Of a stretch of 13,503 bases of DNA, positions 1-6,147 are shown piece by piece. Under the pieces are notes generated by a model that was given only the letters and a program-made list of their open reading frames with translations, was not told where the DNA came from and did not search any database. Numbering within the stretch: the first letter of the stretch is position 1; the number at the start of each line of letters is the position of its first letter. The position numbers were made by a program, and so were the translations under genes. This stretch comes from Promethearchaeati archaeon (lineage in GTDB: Archaea; Asgardarchaeota; Heimdallarchaeia; JABLTI01). Location of the stretch: assembly GCA_013166835.1 (NCBI GenBank), contig JABLTI010000107.1:1-13503 (forward strand), read 5' to 3'.

Positions 1-6
1 GGAGGT
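1..6 (+). promoter_or_regulatory. Shine-Dalgarno site of the leuD-like gene
   Basis: GGAGGT ends 6 nt before ATG at 13. Confidence 0.75.
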
Positions 7-12
7 TTACTC

Positions 13-522
13 ATGAAATTTAAAGGTAAAATGTGGATTTTCCCAGAACAGAACATTAACACAGATCAAATTTTCCCAGGAAAATATACTTATGATCCAT
101 TAACTCCTGAACAAATGGCAGAGCATGCTCTCGAGGATTATTTGCCATCATTTGCTAAAGAAGTTAAAAAGGGAGAAATATTAATTACAGGACAGAATTT
201 TGGCTCCGGATCATCTCGAGAACAAGCAGTTACGTGCTTAAAAGCAGTAGGAGTAGCTGCAATAGTAGGAATTTCATTTGGACGAATTTTCTATCGAAAC
301 GCTATCAATAATGCTTTTCCTTTAATTCAATGCCCTCAAGCTGCTAAATACATCTTTGAAAACAAAGAAGAAATTAAAGATGAGCAAGTTCAAGTAGACT
401 TAGTGAAAGGCGAAGTTTTAATTGGAGATAAGAATTTTGCATTTCCTCCTTTGAAAGGAGAAGCTTTGAATATTTTCGAAGCTGGAGGATTACTTGAATA
501 TACAAAAAGAAAATTGAAATAA
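13..522 (+). CDS. leuD: Aconitase-family small (swivel) subunit, 3-isopropylmalate dehydratase / homoaconitase type
   Basis: Motifs NINTDQIFPGKY, GQNFGSGSSREQA, SFGRIFYRNAINN and C-terminal GGLL are typical of LeuD/HacB. GGAGG at 1-5 precedes the ATG. Substrate (isopropylmalate vs homoaconitate) is uncertain. Confidence 0.9.
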   Translation: MKFKGKMWIFPEQNINTDQIFPGKYTYDPLTPEQMAEHALEDYLPSFAKEVKKGEILITGQNFGSGSSREQAVTCLKAVGVAAIVGISFGRIFYRNAINNAFPLIQCPQAAKYIFENKEEIKDEQVQVDLVKGEVLIGDKNFAFPPLKGEALNIFEAGGLLEYTKRKLK

Positions 523-556
523 TTAGGAACTAAACTTTTGAATTATTTCAATAATC

Positions 557-931
557 TTATTTTTTATCAGGTGTAAATGCTATCACACTGGTTTTAGCCA
601 GTCCTGCGTATCGATCGTTTCCTCCTTTTTCATTAGTTTTTAGTGTAAACATTTTATAGAAAGTCTGATTTGAGGGATATCGCATAATCGCAAAGGACTC
701 CCATTCTTCATCTAAATCACCAACGAGTTGTTCCAAAATTTTCCCAGAATATTCAATACCCCCTCCTAATTTGGCAACCACTTTGATTACATGCTTCCTG
801 TACTTATTATAAGCTGCTTCCCCAGATATCTCTTGAGAGGTATTCCCAGCAGATTCAGGAGGATATTGAGCAATTTTGTTGTATTTAAAGAAATTTAATA
901 TTGAAACAGGTTTACTGTTATCTTCATGCAT
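557..931 (-). CDS. DUF1330-like dimeric alpha/beta-barrel protein; N-terminus possibly frameshifted (original start may be ATG 981)
   Basis: PVSILNFFKY..AQYP..SGEAAYNKY..GG.I.YSG..LVG..EEW..AIMRYPS..F.KM..R.AGL matches the DUF1330-type pattern LN..F...A.Y..SG.EAY..Y...GG...WD....V.YPS...F..M. Confidence 0.7.
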   Translation of the reverse strand: MHEDNSKPVSILNFFKYNKIAQYPPESAGNTSQEISGEAAYNKYRKHVIKVVAKLGGGIEYSGKILEQLVGDLDEEWESFAIMRYPSNQTFYKMFTLKTNEKGGNDRYAGLAKTSVIAFTPDKK

Positions 932-1139
932 TAATCGTTCATTTTTAACATAACTAAGAGAGTGTATTTTTCTTTTGTCATTGTTAGATCACATTGAATG
1001 GATATTATTAATAAAAACAACCTTTTTCTTCTTTTTCAGTAGTTTTTTTGTCGATAAAATAGGCGGATGTTTTTACTAGATGCTTGGGGGGAATTTACTA
1101 GAAGTCTTTTATTATTAAAAAAGGAGTTTATTTCAGCGG

Positions 1140-1211
1140 TTATTGTATATGTTCTTGAATGTCTGGATTAACTGAATATTCAGGTCTTAAATAACCTATA
1201 ATTGCGCTCAT
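1140..1211 (-). CDS. Putative 23-aa small protein MSAIIGYLRPEYSVNPDIQEHIQ (frame open back to GTG 1268); possibly an NrdD-like remnant
   Basis: Read manually: ATG 1211 to TAA 1142-1140, followed on the minus strand by CTCCTTTTTT (oligo-T). Resembles the NrdD C-terminal glycyl-radical segment. Confidence 0.3.
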   Translation of the reverse strand: MSAIIGYLRPEYSVNPDIQEHIQ

Positions 1212-1251
1212 AACTTCAACTCGATATGCAGCACAAAAAAAATAATAATAC

Positions 1252-1329
1252 ACTTTAGCGGCATCCACTGACTAAAGTTCAAAATAGAGATGGGCATCAG
1301 ACAGCATCCACTCTTTTTTTCCCATCTCT
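1252..1329. repeat. Two adjacent stem-loops, each enclosing the 9-mer GCATCCACT
   Basis: ACTTTAG (1252-1258) pairs with CTAAAGT (1272-1278) around GCATCCACT (1261-1269). AGAGATGGG (1286-1294) pairs with CCCATCTCT (1321-1329) around GCATCCACT (1304-1312). Confidence 0.7.
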
Positions 1330-1523
1330 CGCTTTTACTTTATTCAACAATTCCTTTGATATTTCTCAAATATGCAGAAATCAGTATTCTTTTTAATATA
1401 CTCCATGATAATATGCATAGCAATAGATTGTGAGAAATTGCAGTAGAACCCTTACAATAGCAATGAAAACAATGAGATATTAAATATCGAAATTGCTTAC
1501 GAAGAATCTTTGAGTTGAAATAA

Positions 1524-1892
1524 TTGGCAAAAATAATGATTGTTGATGATATGATTGTAATTCAGGAGATACTTAAGGAAATCCTGAACCTTAAAGGACA
1601 CACTATTATTTTCACAGCAATAGATGGGCAACAAGCTGTTGATTATTTTAAAGATCCAGTAAATGAATGGCCTGAAATTGTAATTATGGATCACCGAATG
1701 CCTATAAAAGATGGTGTTACAGCACTCGAAGAGCTTCTCGTTTTAGATGAAAATATCAAAGTTATTTTTGTAAGTGCAGATGAAAGCGCAAGAAACAAAG
1801 CCCTTGTAATGGGTGCTATTGGTTATCTTGTTAAACCTTTTTCAGTCAAAGCCATACTAAAATTAATTGATTCTGTAATAAAGGAAAATTAA
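1524..1892 (+). CDS. Single-domain response regulator receiver (CheY-like)
   Basis: KIMIVDD acidic pocket, IVIMDHRMP phospho-acceptor Asp, DG, FVSA (Ser switch), GAIGYLVKPF conserved Lys. No output domain. TTG start. Confidence 0.93.
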   Translation: MAKIMIVDDMIVIQEILKEILNLKGHTIIFTAIDGQQAVDYFKDPVNEWPEIVIMDHRMPIKDGVTALEELLVLDENIKVIFVSADESARNKALVMGAIGYLVKPFSVKAILKLIDSVIKEN

Positions 1893-1894
1893 TT

Positions 1895-3133
1895 CTAAAA
1901 TAAAACATCAATTGGTAATTGGTAAGTAGAAAAGGTTATTATTATTTTATCCATGAGAGAAGTATTTGTTTCATTAATTATAGTCATGATTAGTGAAATT
2001 TCTCCTTCAATTGAATCATTTATGAATTGCTCTAATTTGTTTTTATCAGGTTCAGTTAATAGGAGAACAATTAAATCATTAACTCTTCCAAGAAGGTAAT
2101 CAATGTGTTCTTTTATTGTATTCAACGCATGATCAAAACTTTGATTCTTTATGGCATCCAATAATTTCAAACAAAACCGATTTGTGATACCACCTATTAC
2201 TCTTCCACCATCTAGATTTATCATGATTTTACTATCAATTGGCAAATTGCTATTCTGGGAATAATAGGTATCAAAAGCAGCATTATCAGCATTGTCGAGT
2301 TGTAAAATCTCATAAAAACTATCACTATGAATCCCTAAAGCATGCAAAGTTGTTCCATCACTTGAACGTGAGAATAAAGCTTCTGCATCTAACAATGGAA
2401 CGGTCCATAGATCATTGTAGATCTTTTTATGAGGTAGAAACCATCGCAAAGTGGCTAGTGTTAAAGCTATTTCAGCTTCTTGACCAAAAACAAGTACCCG
2501 TTCATTTTTCAGCAATGCATGAATAACCCGATCGAGACCAGAGGGAATTCTGGTTAATATAAACTCAAAACTTCCTTCAAGAATTGAGCTCATACTTGGG
2601 TCTTTAATTTCTTGAGGTACGGCAATTTCTTCCTCGACGATTCTTTTCTTTATTAATTCTATTGAATCAATAGAACCATCAAAGTCTACTTTCAAATCCT
2701 CTAGAGACATAAGTTGGTTTAATTTATCCTTAATTTGAGAGGTAATTTCTCCATTGGGATCACAGTTTAGACTAAGATCAGAAGCGATTTCTTTAACAGT
2801 AGCAGAAATTTCAGGAATCGATTTAAAGAGAAACATCTGCTCGGTTCTGTCCACAAGTGTAACTATCCCTAAAGTTCTTTTACCTCCTCTTGCAGAGGCA
2901 TCTTCAACAAAAAAGAAAGTTGAATAGGCAATGTAACCTTCATCTAGAAAAGGTATTACTGATTCGATAAATTCCTCGTCAGGTAAAGTTTGACTTGAGG
3001 ATAGAGACATCGTGCTTATATGAGATTTCACACAAACTTTCTGTGCAAAATTATTATCTAAACCTTGATGATACACACAGCCTGGGCCCATTTTATCATC
3101 AAATCTAACTAAACAGACGCCTCTTTTTTGCAT
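1895..3133 (-). CDS. Folliculin/DENN-like protein (uDENN/longin + cDENN + helical dDENN); putative small-GTPase regulator
   Basis: N-terminal VCLVRFDDKMGP (FxxxxGP longin motif). STFFFVEDASARGGKRTLGIV resembles folliculin-type TFF..D..ARG..R. Central VIHALLKNERVLVFG..LATLRWFLP..VPLL..ALGI..IMINLDGG follows the cDENN core. Confidence 0.75.
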   Translation of the reverse strand: MQKRGVCLVRFDDKMGPGCVYHQGLDNNFAQKVCVKSHISTMSLSSSQTLPDEEFIESVIPFLDEGYIAYSTFFFVEDASARGGKRTLGIVTLVDRTEQMFLFKSIPEISATVKEIASDLSLNCDPNGEITSQIKDKLNQLMSLEDLKVDFDGSIDSIELIKKRIVEEEIAVPQEIKDPSMSSILEGSFEFILTRIPSGLDRVIHALLKNERVLVFGQEAEIALTLATLRWFLPHKKIYNDLWTVPLLDAEALFSRSSDGTTLHALGIHSDSFYEILQLDNADNAAFDTYYSQNSNLPIDSKIMINLDGGRVIGGITNRFCLKLLDAIKNQSFDHALNTIKEHIDYLLGRVNDLIVLLLTEPDKNKLEQFINDSIEGEISLIMTIINETNTSLMDKIIITFSTYQLPIDVLF

Positions 3134-3190
3134 TTGGAGAATAACCCCACTTGATCCAGCTATTGCCTTTTACAACATAGATACTCTCAA

Positions 3191-3203
3191 GTAAAAAACC
3201 TTT
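3191..3203 (-). promoter_or_regulatory. Candidate archaeal BRE/TATA promoter for the DENN-like gene
   Basis: Minus strand AAAGGTTTTTTAC ~60 nt upstream of ATG 3133. The same AAA-nn-TTTTTA pattern recurs upstream of other genes in the window. Confidence 0.4.
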
Positions 3204-3230
3204 ATGCTAATGCAAAAATGACATCTTAAC

Positions 3231-3245
3231 AAAGATTTTTTTTAG
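3231..3245 (+). promoter_or_regulatory. Candidate archaeal BRE/TATA promoter for acylphosphatase (short leader)
   Basis: AAAGATTTTTTTTAG ~33 nt upstream of ATG 3278. No Shine-Dalgarno motif seen. Confidence 0.4.
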
Positions 3246-3277
3246 CAAGATTAGTATCTAATAAATAGTGTCCGCAA

Positions 3278-3568
3278 ATGAATGAAGAGAAGTATCTTAG
3301 ATTAGAGATTGTAGTTAAAGGATTAGTACAAGGGGTTTCATTCAGAATTTATACAAAAAGAAAAGCCATCTCATTGGGATTAACTGGTTATGTTAAGAAT
3401 CTATCCAATGGAGATGTGGAAGTCGTTGCTGAAGGAAAACGAAATCAACTTTTACAGCTAATCAAATGGTTGCGAAAAAGCGGATCACCTGCTTCAAATG
3501 TAACAGATGTAATAATTGAATGGTCTGAAAAATTAACAAATTTTACTAGTTTTAGAGTTGCTTTTTAA
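3278..3568 (+). CDS. acyP: Acylphosphatase
   Basis: GLVQGVSFR phosphate-binding loop with catalytic Arg, GYVKNLSNGDVEVVAEG with catalytic Asn, GSPAS.V. Length 96 aa is typical. Confidence 0.95.
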   Translation: MNEEKYLRLEIVVKGLVQGVSFRIYTKRKAISLGLTGYVKNLSNGDVEVVAEGKRNQLLQLIKWLRKSGSPASNVTDVIIEWSEKLTNFTSFRVAF

Positions 3569-3599
3569 TAAAATGAAAAAAGAAAAGAAAAAGATAAAG
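3569..3599 (-). terminator. Oligo-T archaeal-type terminator for the minus-strand membrane-protein gene
   Basis: Minus strand reads CTTTATCTTTTTCTTTTCTTTTTTCATTTT just after the stop at 3611, between convergent genes. Confidence 0.5.
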
Positions 3600-3610
3600 G
3601 AGATTTCCTC

Positions 3611-4447
3611 TTATGGAGGTAATCCTTCATCAACTATAACATGAATATTTGTCCACAATGTTAGCATTGCTGTTTCCACAAGAGGTGCTGCAAGGTTGAT
3701 TGTCCCCAAACCTATGTAAGGATCAAATGCAATTTTGATTTGTTGAATAGAGTCTCTGAAAGTTATTAAGAAATCTCTTAGAGCATAGACGGGTGTGTTG
3801 TTGTATGCTTCAACTATAGCAATTGATGCATTAATGTTGTCTGAAGCAACATCCCATGCTGCTACTGTTCCTGGTTCATCATTATCTTCAATAGTAAATG
3901 TTGAAGTAAAGGTAGCGTTTATAGCTCGGGTTACATTAGCCAAAACCAACGCATAGGGCTCTGGTTGGAATGCAGAGTTAATTGTTTGAATGAGAGCACT
4001 TGCAGGACCACTCATTAACGAATACTCAGATTGATTAGCTCGAGTATTCATCAAAGCAATCATATTTGTTGTAGTGGTTGCATTATCAACAGCTGCATTA
4101 CTATTTGCAATTGCAGTATTCATATAGTCAAAAACTGCTGTTCTATTGACTACAGTTAAATCAACAATTCCACTTTCTTCATACTCATCTAATCCATTGA
4201 CAATTCCTCCAAGAGTCCCTGCAAGGTTTCCTTCTAAATCTATTAAAGGATTCACCATATGCAAAGTATCATTGAAGAAATCGAAGAATCCTAAAGCGGA
4301 AGTTGAATTCGCAGCAATGATTTCATCTCTTCTTGCTTGTGTAAAGATGCTTGTTATAAAACCAAATTCTGCTGTTGCATTCTGGAAATATGTCTGGCAT
4401 TCTGTGAATTGCCAACCAAGTAAAAGACGAACGTTTCCTTCAACAAA
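3611..4447 (-). CDS. C-terminal part of the frame-broken membrane protein (extracellular, helical, sequon-rich)
   Basis: The frame of ORF 3611..4264 is open upstream to 4447 (previous stop TGA 4450-4448) and reads EGNVRLLLGWQFTECQTYFQNATAEFGF..., overlapping ORF 4354..5973. Composition matches that ORF's C-terminal half, and no convincing start or RBS was seen. Confidence 0.7.
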   Translation of the reverse strand, partial: FVEGNVRLLLGWQFTECQTYFQNATAEFGFITSIFTQARRDEIIAANSTSALGFFDFFNDTLHMVNPLIDLEGNLAGTLGGIVNGLDEYEESGIVDLTVVNRTAVFDYMNTAIANSNAAVDNATTTTNMIALMNTRANQSEYSLMSGPASALIQTINSAFQPEPYALVLANVTRAINATFTSTFTIEDNDEPGTVAAWDVASDNINASIAIVEAYNNTPVYALRDFLITFRDSIQQIKIAFDPYIGLGTINLAAPLVETAMLTLWTNIHVIVDEGLPP

Positions 4448-5973
4448 TCAACTGCAATTGGTATTAATACACTGTATTCTTGGGTTACATCTAACACCAT
4501 ATCTAAACCATCTGCAGCTTGATTTAAGACTTGATTAAGTTGATCAATACCACCAGGATTTCTGAGATCATCTGGATCAATTGTCTCAAGCAAAGTTTTA
4601 GCAGCTAAAATATGATCTAGAGATTCGCCTATATATTCATCTAAAAGGTAATCAATATCATTAATTATAGCTCCAACTGATACTTCTGCATCAGTAATTT
4701 GTGTTTCAGTTGGTTTTGAACCACCACCGAATGTTCCATTAAACATTCCAGATAATTCATTAAAGACATCCATGAAGTTCTCGTATTGGTAGTAGAATCC
4801 ATCAACTTCTACATCTGTCTCATTTGAATTATCTAGTAAACCATGAGCAAGTGGATTCATTGCTGACAGCAACTCAAAACCTGCTGAGATCGTCGTATCA
4901 AACACATCAAATACTACACCATACGGTATTGCTGAAAGTATTCTAAAGAACATCAGATTGCTTAATCCATCATAATTTCCACGAGCGATTTCAAACCATT
5001 CATCTGCACGATCCAACCGATCAAGCATAGCTTGGAAATCTAGATCATCAAATCCTGTGAAATTACCTTCTACTAAAGGCATTGCTACTTCTGCTACATT
5101 TGCTGCACCTGCAGTTAGTGCACCACCAGTTTGGACCAAGCCTGTTAGACTCAGTAAAAGCCAAGGAATAACAACCAAGTTCAAAATAATAACTATTGCT
5201 TGTCCTGGGAGTAAACACCAAGTCCAGATGCTTTTAGCTTTATCTGTAAAGAGATTTGAGCACAACCATGAACTAGCAATAACTAATGTAATCATAATGC
5301 CAAACATAATAAGTAAATCAAATACCCATACAAAAGCTGCATATCCCGAGTATTGATCATAAATATCCATAATTTCGGGAGTTATTGGAATGAAGCTAAA
5401 TCCAAAAACATCATTTAAACCCATTTTTATTAAGCCTAAAGCGTTTAGGAATACTAAATATGGGCTGAAAAATGAAGTGGGATCTTGGGCAGTAGCATAA
5501 TAAACAATTAATGGTATGAAAAATTGTAAACCGAAAATCAACATACCACCTAGTATGCCCTTGCCTACTTTACGAACAAAGAGACCCGGAAGAGTACAAC
5601 AAACTAATAAAAGAACAATCTCAAGATATGCTAAACCAGGATGAAAAGATGTTCCAATGAAATTGAATATTACCATAATCACCGCTGAAAATCCTACAGC
5701 TATTAGCACACCAATCCAGAACCAAGGAGTTCCTTTTTCTGGCATTGGTCGTCTAGGTCTTTGAGCTTGATATTCATCGTAATATCCTTCTCCATAGAAC
5801 TCTTGTTGATAAGGTTCAGGTTGTTCTTGTGGATAAGATTCTTGTTGATAATAATCGGATTGTTTTTGTTCGGGGGGAGGAGGATATGCTTTTTCAGAGC
5901 CCCATTCATCTTTTTTCTTGGGGTCTTCTTCGTCCTCCTTAAGAATATCAATGTAATAATCTTCTTCTGACAT
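4354..5973 (-). CDS. N-terminal part of a large multi-pass membrane protein of unknown function (about 787 aa if joined to the downstream ORF)
   Basis: Acidic Y/Q/P-rich N-terminus, about five hydrophobic helices (WFWIGVLIAV.., LAYLEIVLLLV.., GILGGMLIFGL.., AAFVWVFDLLIM.., AIVIILNLVVIPWLL), then an acidic amphipathic helical domain. The last ~25 aa look out of frame. Confidence 0.8.
   Translation of the reverse strand: MSEEDYYIDILKEDEEDPKKKDEWGSEKAYPPPPEQKQSDYYQQESYPQEQPEPYQQEFYGEGYYDEYQAQRPRRPMPEKGTPWFWIGVLIAVGFSAVIMVIFNFIGTSFHPGLAYLEIVLLLVCCTLPGLFVRKVGKGILGGMLIFGLQFFIPLIVYYATAQDPTSFFSPYLVFLNALGLIKMGLNDVFGFSFIPITPEIMDIYDQYSGYAAFVWVFDLLIMFGIMITLVIASSWLCSNLFTDKAKSIWTWCLLPGQAIVIILNLVVIPWLLLSLTGLVQTGGALTAGAANVAEVAMPLVEGNFTGFDDLDFQAMLDRLDRADEWFEIARGNYDGLSNLMFFRILSAIPYGVVFDVFDTTISAGFELLSAMNPLAHGLLDNSNETDVEVDGFYYQYENFMDVFNELSGMFNGTFGGGSKPTETQITDAEVSVGAIINDIDYLLDEYIGESLDHILAAKTLLETIDPDDLRNPGGIDQLNQVLNQAADGLDMVLDVTQEYSVLIPIAVDLLKETFVFYLVGNSQNARHISRMQQQNLVL
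5801..5851 (-). repeat. Three copies of a 12-nt repeat encoding Y(Q/P)QE
   Basis: TCTTGT(T/G)GATAA on the + strand at 5801-5812, 5825-5836 and 5840-5851, encoding YQQE, YPQE, YQQE. Confidence 0.7.
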
Positions 5974-6024
5974 TTGGCGCCAACCTATTCTTCTTCTAAA
6001 TATAAGTTCTAATTTCTGTTCTTT

Positions 6025-6038
6025 GATAAAAACGTTTC
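6025..6038 (-). promoter_or_regulatory. Candidate BRE/TATA promoter for the membrane-protein gene
   Basis: Minus strand GAAACGTTTTTATC ~55 nt upstream of ATG 5973. Confidence 0.45.
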
Positions 6039-6147
6039 ATTTATGGCAATCAAAGAACTGGTTGCTATTATACACTATTTTAATCACATCTAAAAACCAA
6101 TCTAAATAGGAAATATACACAATTACTGTTAGTGGCATGTATGGACT

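Noticed and set aside
1062-1312. MITE or mobile element bounded by GGATG/CATCC inverted motifs
   Set aside because: Inverted match is short and imperfect, no target-site duplication was seen and no transposase is nearby.
1252-1329. Possible mini-CRISPR array or tRNA
   Set aside because: The repeat is only 9 nt in two copies, no cas genes are present, and there is no cloverleaf or T-loop consensus.
1497-1694. 65-aa minus-strand ORF
   Set aside because: Antisense shadow of the well-supported receiver gene; no motifs.
2239-2526. 95-aa plus-strand ORF
   Set aside because: Antisense to the DENN-like gene; no recognisable features.
4420-4450. Canonical programmed -1 frameshift signal
   Set aside because: No X XXY YYZ heptamer in the correct frame and no obvious downstream stimulator.
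4146-4538. 130-aa plus-strand ORF spanning the frame break
   Set aside because: Antisense shadow of the membrane-protein gene.
5057-5970. ORFs 5057..5356, 5703..5951 and 5761..5970 (the last hydrophobic)
   Set aside because: Shadow or alternate frames; hydrophobicity follows from the complement of the E/K/Q-rich coding strand.
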